From Candidatus Poribacteria bacterium (lineage in GTDB: Bacteria > Poribacteria > WGA-4E > PCPOR2b), in contig OZ244587.1 in NCBI GenBank assembly GCA_965218095.1, positions 2,944,001 to 3,008,000 of the forward strand: DNA of 64,000 bases, written 5' to 3'. Every line of letters starts with the position of its first letter. The stretch's first letter is position 1. The position numbers were made by a program, and so were the translations under genes. Shown in pieces: positions 42,528 to 52,360 of the stretch. The notes beneath the pieces were generated by a model, which worked only from the letters and a program-made list of their open reading frames with translations, searched no databases and was not told the DNA's origin.

Positions 42528-43634
42528 ATGAATCACAGACAACTTGCGTTAGCAGATTTTAACCGTGCTGCAAATCATTATCAGCAAGCGTGTTATGCCC
42601 AGGCCATTCAGCATTATCTGGCAGGCTTAAAAATTGATCCGATGTGGGTGGAAGTGTACGCGGATCTCGCAAAGGCGTATGAAATGCTTGGTTACTGGAA
42701 TCAAGCGCTTGAGGCGTTAGAAGTTGCCCTGCGGCTGCGTCCCGGTTATCCAACGGCTCTACGCCGAAAAAAACGTATTCTCGAAGAAAAAAGAGTCTAT
42801 GATGCGCTAATCGATGAACTGGACGTAGATCTAGATGCTTCCGATATACGATTTCCGTTTCAACATCAGCTAGCCGATTCCCTCATATATGTCGCCCCGA
42901 AAATCGAACGCGAGTTTTTCACACTTGCCTGCACAGATACAATCTCTCAGAAACTGCTATTGGTGGTATGCCAACTGATTGAACACACCTATCACGAAGT
43001 TGGCGAAATTTTTCAGTGCTACCCACAACACAGGGTTCCGGTTTTAATTGAAGTTATCGATCAAAACGAGACTTCGCAGGCTGGCATTCCGGCTCTCAGA
43101 GCGAAATGTTCAATTGGAGTTATACCCGACGCATCGCTTTCAGATCCTTCTCTCCCACTTTGGGCTGCGGCATGCTATTATAAGGGCAGGATTCGGGTTG
43201 CCTACCGTCCTTATAGTAATTCAGGCTTCGGCGTTTTATATTCAGTCCTCCGCCACGAGTGGGTACACTTGCTTGTTGATTTGCTCACGCGGGGACGGTG
43301 CGCGAACTGGCTTGATGAGGGACTTGCGCAGCTTATCGCACGTCCACTGATAAATTCTGAGAAAGCGCTGCTGCGGCGGGCAAGTCAGAACGAGCAACTT
43401 CTCCCTTTTCATCAACTGCAAAAGCCGTTTAGCCAGGTCCCAGCGAAGCAACGCTGTTTAGCCTACCTTCAGTCTCGTGCAACAGCCGAATACCTTGTAC
43501 AACGGTTCGGTTTTTCTGACATCCGCGATTTTTTCAAACAAATCGGCACCGGGGAACCACTAAATGTCGCATTTCGAGGGATTTTTGGGAAAACGGAGGA
43601 AGAAATTCTAGTAGCTTGGAGAATGGCAATGTAG
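42528..43634 (+). CDS. TPR-containing peptidase MA family protein
   Basis: N-terminal TPRs; HEWVH...WLDEGLA. Confidence 0.8.
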   Translation: MNHRQLALADFNRAANHYQQACYAQAIQHYLAGLKIDPMWVEVYADLAKAYEMLGYWNQALEALEVALRLRPGYPTALRRKKRILEEKRVYDALIDELDVDLDASDIRFPFQHQLADSLIYVAPKIEREFFTLACTDTISQKLLLVVCQLIEHTYHEVGEIFQCYPQHRVPVLIEVIDQNETSQAGIPALRAKCSIGVIPDASLSDPSLPLWAAACYYKGRIRVAYRPYSNSGFGVLYSVLRHEWVHLLVDLLTRGRCANWLDEGLAQLIARPLINSEKALLRRASQNEQLLPFHQLQKPFSQVPAKQRCLAYLQSRATAEYLVQRFGFSDIRDFFKQIGTGEPLNVAFRGIFGKTEEEILVAWRMAM

Positions 43635-43758
43635 TATTCTGTCACATGACATTTGACGGGTTGTCATTCTGAGCCGAAGCCGAAGAATCTCGTTTTTTGA
43701 GATGCTTCGTTTCACTCAGTCTGACATGTACTCGTCAATTTAAGCGTGACAAGGTAAC
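43632..43758. repeat. MITE-like element enclosing a GTCATTCTGAG...CTCAGnnTGACA hairpin
   Basis: Outer IR ctgtcacatgacatttgacgggt / actcgtcaatttaagcgtgacaag; inner long hairpin. Confidence 0.7.
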
Positions 43759-43836
43759 GGGTAATGAGACGCATAGGACGTGACCAAGCTACATCTAGTT
43801 CTCTCCGTGTCGGTTCACCGTTCACGAGGGTTGATC

Positions 43837-44331
43837 ATGGGAAAGCTCGATATTGCGATGGTGGTTTTTGTTGGTTTAGGCGGCTTAGGCTGTTTTCGGA
43901 TCGGTTTTACACGTAGCGTTTGGGGCATTGCTGCCATGTTCTCCGGTGTTCTTGCAGCAAGCCAACTATGGCGAGATATCGCATTAATCCTGCAACGTTT
44001 CATTAATCACGAAAGTCTCGCCAAATGGGCAAGCATTGTCGCTATCGCAGTCAGTGTGAGCATCATTATGGATGTGATCTTTGAACGGATTCAAAAAATC
44101 ATAGACCGGGGGATTTTAGGTTGGATCAATCATGCTGTTGGGGGCGCTTTCGGGGTCGTGTCGAGCAGCATTTTGATTGGTTGTCTTCTGTTGTTGTTGG
44201 ATCGTTATGGCGGAGAAACGTCTAAGGAAGCGATTGCTAATTCCCGTTTCGCCGCCCCAATTTTAGAGTTTACCCACCAGGTTTTCGACTTCGGAAAAGA
44301 GGTTGTTAAAGAACAGGTGAATAAGCTATAA
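43837..44331 (+). CDS. cvpA: CvpA family membrane protein
   Basis: LDI...GF.RS; LGWINHAVGGAFG; SRFA. Confidence 0.8.
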   Translation: MGKLDIAMVVFVGLGGLGCFRIGFTRSVWGIAAMFSGVLAASQLWRDIALILQRFINHESLAKWASIVAIAVSVSIIMDVIFERIQKIIDRGILGWINHAVGGAFGVVSSSILIGCLLLLLDRYGGETSKEAIANSRFAAPILEFTHQVFDFGKEVVKEQVNKL

Positions 44332-44355
44332 CTACGCATTAAGCTGCATTCTTAA

Positions 44356-45303
44356 ATGAAATTACGCCGCTTTTTACTCTCTTACTGCTGCTCCCTTTGT
44401 CTCTTGCCATTTACTTCTCCCACCGTATATTCACAGAACTTCAACGCGGATAATCTATTGGACTTTGCGCGATTTCTTTTCCGAGAAGGAGACTACCTGA
44501 ATGCCGTACATGAGTATCAACGCTACCTCTTCCTTTATCCGGATGCAGATAGAGGAGATTTCGTTCAACTCCATATCGCCGCAGCTTATCAGAACGCGGG
44601 AAGACTGAGTGCGGCAATAGAAGCCTATCGATCGCTAATCGAGATCTATCCAGAAAGCCCATTCATTGAACGCGCTCGATCCAACATTGCACAATGCCAG
44701 CTTCTGCAAGGCAATCAAGCCACAGCCATTGCGTCATTGCGGCAATTCCTATCAGACTATCCTGAAAGTGAGTTAGCTCCTCGTGCACAGTTTCTCATTG
44801 CAACTATCCACATGGATGGGAAGGATTGGGTGGGTGCGGCGCGGGAGTGGCAGCAGGTGCAAATCAAATATCCGCAAACACCCTTTAGTGAAATAAGTGA
44901 TCGGCTTGTACACATGGTACAACGCGGCGAATCCATGCCCCGGCGTTCTCCAATCACCGCCGGTTTGCTCTCGACATTTGTGCCGGGGCTTGGGCAGATT
45001 TACAGTGGGCGGTTTTCGGATGGACTTCATTCGCTTTTAGTTGTTGGCGGGGCGGGTGGCGGAATTGTGTATTACATCGATCAGGAACGCTATGAAGTTG
45101 CGATTCCATTGGGTATAATCGGGCTATTTTTTTATATCAGTAATATCTATAGTGGCGTGCAGTCTGCGAAGGTGTTTAATCAGCAACAGGAGAGTCATTT
45201 TCTAGGTGGGCTCCGAACACAGATTTACGAATCGGATCTGTTCGGCGCTTTGGATCAACAATCAACAGATATGCCACTTGTATTTTGGCACTCGCGTTTT
45301 TAG
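44356..45303 (+). CDS. TPR (BamD/YfiO-like) protein with C-terminal hydrophobic hairpin
   Basis: Repeated YP.S TPR turns; AGLLSTFVPGLGQIY. Confidence 0.75.
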   Translation: MKLRRFLLSYCCSLCLLPFTSPTVYSQNFNADNLLDFARFLFREGDYLNAVHEYQRYLFLYPDADRGDFVQLHIAAAYQNAGRLSAAIEAYRSLIEIYPESPFIERARSNIAQCQLLQGNQATAIASLRQFLSDYPESELAPRAQFLIATIHMDGKDWVGAAREWQQVQIKYPQTPFSEISDRLVHMVQRGESMPRRSPITAGLLSTFVPGLGQIYSGRFSDGLHSLLVVGGAGGGIVYYIDQERYEVAIPLGIIGLFFYISNIYSGVQSAKVFNQQQESHFLGGLRTQIYESDLFGALDQQSTDMPLVFWHSRF

Positions 45304-45358
45304 AAGCCGCGAATGTGGGAATTTCCAAATCAACGAATCTTGTTTCGCCCATTCACCC

Positions 45359-46276
45359 ATGCTCCCTTACCTCTTAATTTTCATTCTTGCTACCGGTCAA
45401 CCGCAATCCGCCGAACGTCAACTACTATACGCCGAACACCTTTTCGACCAGCAGGCTTATCCCTCCGCAATCCTCGAATACAAGCGATTCCTTTCTTATC
45501 ACCCTGGCGCCGATCGATCTGACTTTGTGCGTTTCCGTATTGCCCAGAGCCACTATTATCAGGAAGAGCGAGAGCTTGCTCGGCGAATGTTCAAGGAATT
45601 TACGGACATTTACCCTAACTCCCCGCTTTACCTCCATGCGCAACTGATGCTGGGCAAAACCTACTTTAATACCGAAGATTACTCAACTGCCCAAGCCGTC
45701 TTTTTTCAGATCGTCAATGCAGACGGGGATGATCGAGTAGCAGCGCAGGCGCAATATCTACGGAGTTGGTGCTATATCCACGAACCAAATTGGCTCAAAG
45801 CGATAGCAGAATTCCGAAAAGTTCAACAGTTTCAATCCAATTCCCCTCTAAGTCAGCTTTCCACTCAGCTTGCTGACAGAACGTTAGCGAACACGCCTTT
45901 ACCTATCAAGTCCCCCAAACTGGCTCAATGGCTGTCCACCTTTCTTCCCGGATCTGGGCAAATCTATGCCGGCAAGGTGGGAAACGGACTTATCTCTACT
46001 GTCATTAACGCTGCTTTCTTCTATCTATTGGTGGATTCGATCCGTGAAGAGCGTTACGTGGATTCGGTGGGGATTTATCTGATAGGTTCGCGCTTCTATT
46101 GGGGAAATCGGTTAGACGCGAAAAAGTGGGCAGTTGAACATAACCGCAGGCTTGAGGAAGATCTGATCCGGCAATTGAAGCGACAAGCGGAGGGCATCGA
46201 ACAGATTCCGTCTCTCCCAGAGGCGAGAAACACGAGTATGATACCAAGGAGACGTAATACGTACGGGGAATACTGA
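45359..46276 (+). CDS. TPR (BamD/YfiO-like) protein, paralog of the upstream gene
   Basis: Same architecture; LSTFLPGSGQIY. Confidence 0.75.
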   Translation: MLPYLLIFILATGQPQSAERQLLYAEHLFDQQAYPSAILEYKRFLSYHPGADRSDFVRFRIAQSHYYQEERELARRMFKEFTDIYPNSPLYLHAQLMLGKTYFNTEDYSTAQAVFFQIVNADGDDRVAAQAQYLRSWCYIHEPNWLKAIAEFRKVQQFQSNSPLSQLSTQLADRTLANTPLPIKSPKLAQWLSTFLPGSGQIYAGKVGNGLISTVINAAFFYLLVDSIREERYVDSVGIYLIGSRFYWGNRLDAKKWAVEHNRRLEEDLIRQLKRQAEGIEQIPSLPEARNTSMIPRRRNTYGEY

Positions 46277-46317
46277 CATATTATTCATCACTCTCCTTGT
46301 TGCACACACTTCCGCCC

Positions 46318-47574
46318 TCATCCCAGCGCCGCATCAACTTTATTGATCGCCGCAGCTATCAATCGGGCATGGTCTTCCTGCATGTTGACATTGAACCCAA
46401 ACCGCAAGGCTCTACCCAAGATTGAAAGGGTCTGCGGGCACATATCCCGTGAATACTCAACGTTTCCCTTGTAGGCCGGATCTTTCCACGGATAACCCGA
46501 TGGGTGGTGGGAGTGCTTAAACAGAATCGAATCCCAGTAATAGTAGATGTGACGGTCTGGAAATCCCTCGTTGTACGCCGTGCCTGCATTCAGTCCTTCC
46601 GCCTTGAGCGCCTCGGCGTATTTCGGGGCGAGCTCCGGATCTTTAATGATAATCGCGGCACTGATGCCGCATTCGCCTTCCGGATCATCGACATGCTGTC
46701 GGATATACCCTTTCGGTGCATCCAACTCTGCCAGGAACGCCTTTTTCAGCCGACGGGTATGGCCCAAGATGTCCCCAAGTTTTGAAAGTTGCACCCGCGC
46801 AATTGTCCCCATGATTTCGCTCGGACGATAGCCTTGACGCGAGAACGGTGGATTTTGCCACTCCTTATCGCTCATCCACATCGGCATCGCCGCATCGCTG
46901 GCGAAGGCAGTGCGTTCATATACGTCGTAGTCATTCGTAAACACCATGCCCCCTTCGCCGCAGCTAATCACCTTATAGTAGTTTAGACTCCACGCGCCGA
47001 CCTCCCCCCATGTTCCGGTATATGCGCCTTTATACTGTCCGCCGACACACTGACAACAATCTTCGACCACTTTGAGGTTATGTCGCCGGGCGAGCGCGAT
47101 TAGGTCATCAAGGCGACACGGCACCCCTTGCATGTGGACAGGAAGAATTGCCTTCGTGTATGGGGTAATCTTCCGTTCAACATCAGCGGGGTCCATGCCG
47201 AGCGATTCGTCAATTTCGGCGATTACCGGCACTGCCCCCGCACCAACAACCGCTGCTGCTGTTGCGATAAAGGTGTAGCCCGGAACAATCACTTCGTCAC
47301 CTGGACCGACGCCAATCGCTGTCAGCGCACAGATCAGTGCACTCGTACCAGAATTGACCATCAGCGCGTGATTCACGCCGAGTAATGCCGCAGCTTCTTT
47401 TTCAAATGCAGCCACATGAGAATTCTCAACAAACCGGAACAGCTTGCCGCTTCGCAACACCTTAGTGACCACGTTTATCTCCCGGTCATCAATAGCGCTT
47501 GGACCATGTGTGCCGCTGGGAATGGGCTCCGCAATAACCGGCGTTCCACCATCAATTGCTAATCGATCTGCCAT
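46318..47574 (-). CDS. DegT/DnrJ/EryC1/StrS aminotransferase
   Basis: NSGTSAL, VVEDCCQ, SLNYYKVISCGEGG. Confidence 0.92.
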   Translation of the reverse strand: MADRLAIDGGTPVIAEPIPSGTHGPSAIDDREINVVTKVLRSGKLFRFVENSHVAAFEKEAAALLGVNHALMVNSGTSALICALTAIGVGPGDEVIVPGYTFIATAAAVVGAGAVPVIAEIDESLGMDPADVERKITPYTKAILPVHMQGVPCRLDDLIALARRHNLKVVEDCCQCVGGQYKGAYTGTWGEVGAWSLNYYKVISCGEGGMVFTNDYDVYERTAFASDAAMPMWMSDKEWQNPPFSRQGYRPSEIMGTIARVQLSKLGDILGHTRRLKKAFLAELDAPKGYIRQHVDDPEGECGISAAIIIKDPELAPKYAEALKAEGLNAGTAYNEGFPDRHIYYYWDSILFKHSHHPSGYPWKDPAYKGNVEYSRDMCPQTLSILGRALRFGFNVNMQEDHARLIAAAINKVDAALG

Positions 47575-47800
47575 CTTTTCCTCCAAAGCTTCCGTTTCTG
47601 ATATTCGTTGTCCTTGCCCCCTCTCGGGGCTTGAAAACTATATCACAGAGCACGTTCTCTGTCAACAGTTGTTTTGTTCGCACCCGGAACGTGGCGGCTG
47701 CAAGAAGATATCCGATCTTATACCGAATTAATCAGTATTAGAGCTATAGGGTTCGGCAATCATCTCACCGAATAGGATGGAGTTGGAGGCAAAAATGAAC

Positions 47801-47829
47801 TTTACAACACACAACAGCGAGTATATAAT
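47801..47829 (+). promoter_or_regulatory. Putative sigma70 promoter
   Basis: TTTACA-17 bp-TATAAT. Confidence 0.55.
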
Positions 47830-47950
47830 AAGTGACGATTGCCAGCACTCAAATTTGGAGGCACCATGCTAACAGATCAAGAGTTACAGCCACTGATGAC
47901 CGATACAGAATCAGAAGGAACTGGAACTTCTCATTTGGGATGATCAATCT

Positions 47951-48706
47951 ATGCCGAATCTACGTTTTGCCGCGCCGAAAGAATGGCGAGTGGCGGTGAT
48001 TACCGGCGGAAGTCGAGGAATCGGCGGCGCGTGTGCCCTTCGGATCGCGGAAGAGGGGCGGGATATTGTCATCGCGGATATTCTTGAAGAAGAGGCCGCC
48101 AGTGTGGTCAAAGAGATTGAACAGATTGGGCAGCGCGCGCTGTTTATAAAAACAGACGTGACTGATTCTGCTGCCGTTCAATCAATGGTCGATCAAACGG
48201 TGGAAACCTTCGGACGTCTGGACATTCTCGTCTGCTGCGCCGGGATTTTGGGCCTGGAAGCACCGTTCCATGAACAATCCGTCGAGCAGTTTGATAAAGT
48301 CATGCGGATTAATATCTACGGCGTTTACCACGCACATCAGGCAGCGATCCCTCATATGTTGGCGCGAAGCTGGGGGCGGTGTGTGACAATCTCCTCCGGA
48401 GCACGCCGAGGCGCAACGAATCAGGTCCCGTATGGCGTCTCTAAGGGAGCGGTCTACTCGTTTATCGGTGCGCTTGGCAATGCCTATTCCAAACAGGGGG
48501 TGTTCGTGAATGGCGTGGAGCCGGGACGTGCGCTTACGGAGATGGTTGTCCCACGCTTTTCCGCTGAACATCTCGCCAATCCGGGAACGCCGATCGGACG
48601 GTACTCAGACCCGGAGGAGCTGGCCGAAGTCATTGAGTTTCTCTGCTCGGAGCGCAACACCTACGTTACCGGCGCTGTCTGGAATGTGAAGGGAGCAACA
48701 GGATAG
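47951..48706 (+). CDS. Short-chain dehydrogenase/reductase
   Basis: TGGSRGIG; YGVSK. Confidence 0.92.
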   Translation: MPNLRFAAPKEWRVAVITGGSRGIGGACALRIAEEGRDIVIADILEEEAASVVKEIEQIGQRALFIKTDVTDSAAVQSMVDQTVETFGRLDILVCCAGILGLEAPFHEQSVEQFDKVMRINIYGVYHAHQAAIPHMLARSWGRCVTISSGARRGATNQVPYGVSKGAVYSFIGALGNAYSKQGVFVNGVEPGRALTEMVVPRFSAEHLANPGTPIGRYSDPEELAEVIEFLCSERNTYVTGAVWNVKGATG

Positions 48707-48758
48707 ATCATTGATCAACGCAATTGACCATCAATAACATCAGGAGGAACAAGCGGGA

Positions 48759-49568
48759 ATGCGTGATGAACTCACAGAGAAACAGGTCGAATTCTACCGA
48801 ACCAACGGTTTTCTGGTAATCGAGGACTTTCTCGATGCCAGCGAGTTAGAGGAATGGCGTCGATGTACCGAGGAGTCCGTTGCAGAGCGTCTGGGAGGTG
48901 CCGTGAATTTTTTGACGAATCAGATACAGTCAGATGCTTTTTACGCGAGGGTCTTTACACAATGCTTACGGCTTGCGGATACGCACGAAGGCATGCACCA
49001 ACTCATCTGCGATCCGCGGATCGGGCGGATGGCTGCGACGTTGGCGGGCGTAGAAGGCATCCGAATCTGGCATGACCAAGCGTTGATTAAGCCGCCTCAC
49101 GGGAATCCGACTGCCTGGCATCTCGATGTACCCTATTGGTCGTTTGACTCCCGTGATGCCCTATCTTTGTGGATGGCACTAGACGAAGCGACACTTGCCA
49201 ACGGATGCCTCTGGTATCTGCCTGGCGTGCACCGACTTGCACGATTCGAGAATGTCGGCATTGGACAGAACTTGGGTGGATTGTTCAAAGTATATCCCAA
49301 ATGGCGAGGAATTGAGCCACAGGCGTGCCCATGCCCCGCCGGGTCAATTGTCTGGCATAATGGCCTCATTGCCCACGCCGCCGGTGCGAACATGACAATT
49401 CGAGCGCGACGCGCGATGACATGCGCCTTTATGCCCGATGGTTCAACGTTTAACGGCAAGCAGAACATCCTGCCGGATGACTATTTTAATTCGCTAACGA
49501 TTGGTGATTTACTAAACAACGCGCAACAAAACGCGCTGATCTGGCATAACTCATGGGTTGCCCAGTAA
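48759..49568 (+). CDS. Phytanoyl-CoA dioxygenase (PhyH) family protein
   Basis: WHLD (HxD), NGCL, H...N, RRA. Confidence 0.9.
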   Translation: MRDELTEKQVEFYRTNGFLVIEDFLDASELEEWRRCTEESVAERLGGAVNFLTNQIQSDAFYARVFTQCLRLADTHEGMHQLICDPRIGRMAATLAGVEGIRIWHDQALIKPPHGNPTAWHLDVPYWSFDSRDALSLWMALDEATLANGCLWYLPGVHRLARFENVGIGQNLGGLFKVYPKWRGIEPQACPCPAGSIVWHNGLIAHAAGANMTIRARRAMTCAFMPDGSTFNGKQNILPDDYFNSLTIGDLLNNAQQNALIWHNSWVAQ

Positions 49569-49617
49569 AACGTGAAACGTAATGCGAACCGCCTTGATTT
49601 ACGTTTGCGCGATGCGA

Positions 49618-50769
49618 TTATGAAATCAATACCGTAGGTGGATTGATAAAATCGTGATATTTTTGTACCACTTTACCCGTCGAAGCGTCGCCGGCGTGGA
49701 TGAGTACGCGGAAACGGAAATTCATCTCCTCACCACTTTTCAGCGTGTAAGAACCATCTTTGCTGCAGTTGCCTTCAAAAGTGCCGGTCCCGAAAATGTT
49801 TGTCGTCATTAAGCCATAGTTGCGAACATGCCAATATGTCGGATAGCGCGGGTTGGAAATGTGATCAAAGACAGCAATCCCGACGTGTGTTCCCTCGACG
49901 ATCCCAGAGTAATCACACCAATGGGCACGCACCCCCCATGTTTCGCCTTCGTTAACCCCACCGTAAGCGTTTTCAATCTTTCCGCCATCAGATGCGTTCA
50001 TTGATGGGTTGACGCGAATCGATATAATCCCGCCCTCTTTGGTGTCGCCGAAGTGGACATCTCCCGCGGAAGCGATGAAGGTCAAATCCAGATCGATAAT
50101 GGTCCCTGTCTCAGGGGTGTTGTAGATGCGGAAGTTCTGTCGGTCTGACATCAACTTTTCGCCCGCCTTGTTCACCCAATCGTTTTCAGAATAAATCCTG
50201 CCAACCACCGCTCCTCCACTTTTATTCGTGAAGGATTGATGCACGACTCTGCCAGAATTTTCGCCCTCGCCCCACACATCCACATCGTTGACCTCACCGT
50301 AGGCGACGTATAGCGATCGGTGATGGACGTGGTCGCTGGAGCGCTCACTGGTTTCGCCACGGGTCACAGAACGACCGTCTGGACCCAGCACAGGGAAAAA
50401 GTAAGGACGAAACTGATCTTTGCCATAGCGGAAGGTTGTGAACGCCCTGCCGTCGATTGTCACATCAATGGTATTGCCGTGTTCACTGAACACAACACTA
50501 GCACCGCCTTCAACACCCCCTGATGAGAGGATATATGACCGTTCCTGATGGGCTTTGAGCCCATCCAGAATCCACGAGAGCGTCGCGGTTTTGCCATTGT
50601 TGTTGAGGTCGGCGGGGATGACTGTGCCGCTAGCCTGATCTGTAAGAGTAACCGATTCACCCGCAATCACTTTGGCGTCACGATTATCCACGTCAACGCT
50701 AACGAGACAACCGTCCCGATTGTGTTCACCTGCATTGACTGTAACGGTAATACGATTTTTGTCTGCCAT
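49618..50769 (-). CDS. DUF6807/'PmoA-like' family protein
   Basis: RPYFFPV, DHVHHRSL, TKEGG, WHVRNYG. Confidence 0.75.
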   Translation of the reverse strand: MADKNRITVTVNAGEHNRDGCLVSVDVDNRDAKVIAGESVTLTDQASGTVIPADLNNNGKTATLSWILDGLKAHQERSYILSSGGVEGGASVVFSEHGNTIDVTIDGRAFTTFRYGKDQFRPYFFPVLGPDGRSVTRGETSERSSDHVHHRSLYVAYGEVNDVDVWGEGENSGRVVHQSFTNKSGGAVVGRIYSENDWVNKAGEKLMSDRQNFRIYNTPETGTIIDLDLTFIASAGDVHFGDTKEGGIISIRVNPSMNASDGGKIENAYGGVNEGETWGVRAHWCDYSGIVEGTHVGIAVFDHISNPRYPTYWHVRNYGLMTTNIFGTGTFEGNCSKDGSYTLKSGEEMNFRFRVLIHAGDASTGKVVQKYHDFINPPTVLIS

Positions 50770-50869
50770 ACATATCTCCTTAGAATTTGTTATCAATGTG
50801 CTTTCCGATTATATCATCCCCCTCGTCATTCGGACAACTATCAATCAAGGCCTACTCAAAGCACTTGAC

Positions 50870-52286
50870 AGAAATTAAGACATGCCCAAGCCCCGATAAG
50901 ATCGGGACTAAGAAGCCTTTAGGCTTGGGTCCAACGGGTTAATTTTGCTGCCTTTGAAGGCATTTTGTGGTATACTATATCTGCCTTTCTTGTGGGAGAG
51001 TGCTACGCCGACGCCAGTTGGTGTCTCCCACATCCGTTAGCACCGGGCATGAAAGGTAGGAAATCCCATGTATACCACAAAGAAAATTAAGGCAACACCT
51101 ACGCCCGAATTAGATACGCTTGCCTGTCAAGCCAGGCGCGTCTATTCCAAAGTGGTGTCATTGATTCGTAAGGTGCATAAGCGCAAAGGCTTTTGGTTGT
51201 CAAAAAACAGTGTGCAGAAGTACTTGCGTTTGTGTGGATACCAGTTGCATTCTCACACGGTGCAAGCCTGCGTTGATAGCTATTTTGATGCGCTGAAAAG
51301 CTATTGGCAAACCAAAAAAGTCAATCCCGATGCCAAGCCTCCGTTTCGCACTCGGCGGTTTTACAAAGTGCGTTGGAAATCAACGGCTATCTCTTTCAAA
51401 GATGGCATTGTGAGACTGTCCAACGGCAAGGGAAGAGCCCACCTCACCTTGAAGTCCGATGCCAAGCCAGTTTATGTAGAAATGTATTTCCAACGGGGTA
51501 GTTACTACTTTTCGCTTGTGTTCAAAACCAAAATGCCTGAGAAAATTCAAACAGGCACCACGGTTGCGGTCGATATGGGTGAAGTTCACCCCATCGTCGA
51601 ACATGATGGTGAGAACACGACAATCTACAATGGCCGCTTCCTACGCTCAATTGTCTAGTACCGTGAAAAAATCAAAGCGCATTTTTCACGCATGATGGAC
51701 AGGTGCAAACAGCGGTCTCACCGTTGGCATAAGCTACGCAAAGCAAAGAACAAAGTGCTCGCCAAACTAGACGCTCAAATCAAGGATGCCGAACACAAAA
51801 TCACGTCACGGTTTATATCCGACTGCCTGAGAGCGAAGGCAGATACGATAGTGATTGGAGACATCAACGGCATCCGAGAGCGAGCGAAGTTCAATAAGAA
51901 GTCGAACCAGAAGATTCACCAATGGGCTTATGCCCGCATCGCAAACATGATTTCCTACAAAGGGGAAATGGCAGGCTTGCATGTTGAGTTTGTGTCTGAA
52001 GCGTATACGTCCCAAACCTGCCCGCGATGCGGAAATCGGAAGAAGCCTGTGAATCGAAATTATCACTGTAAACAGTGTGATTTTGAGTATCATAGAGATG
52101 GCGTAGGTGCAATGAGATGGCGTAGGTGCAATCAATATCTGTAACAAAGTATCGGGGTGGTTCGTCCACCCTGTAGTTGGGGCTATGGCGTCCCCCATAG
52201 GTGTTCGGTTTCACTGGCACTTATGTAAGTCCGCTGCATAGCAGTGTTCAAGAATCTCAACGCCTGTAGGCTTGGGAGTACGTCAA
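50870..52286 (+). mobile_element. IS200/IS605-family tnpB-only (IS1341-like) element
   Basis: Preceded by TTGAC; subterminal hairpins cccaagc..ggcttggg (left) and ctcaacgcctgtaggcttgggag (right); ends in TCAA; no tnpA. Confidence 0.85.
51068..52241 (+). pseudogene. tnpB: RNA-guided endonuclease TnpB, inactivated
   Basis: AVDMG, TSQTCPRCG, CKQC, HRDGVGA; in-frame TAG at 51656 and a 19-bp duplication at 52095-52132. Confidence 0.9.
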
Positions 52287-52306
52287 AGCATACAGATTTC
52301 CGAGTA
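52140..52306 (+). ncRNA. Putative omega/reRNA scaffold plus flank-derived guide
   Basis: Inferred from TnpB biology: right-end RNA ending at TCAA, guide AGCATACAGATTTCCGAGTA; the 5' boundary is a guess. Confidence 0.45.
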
Positions 52307-52360
52307 TAGTTGTAGAAGAACAAGGTTATGGACGAAGCCAGTTAAAGGGAAGGAGATCCA

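Noticed and set aside
49618-50769. Methane monooxygenase PmoA
   Set aside because: Soluble protein with no TM helices and no pmoBC; the family name is a misnomer
4375-51658. Stop-codon reassignment as an explanation for in-frame stops
   Set aside because: All three stop types occur, each also terminates intact genes, and several affected genes carry other lesions
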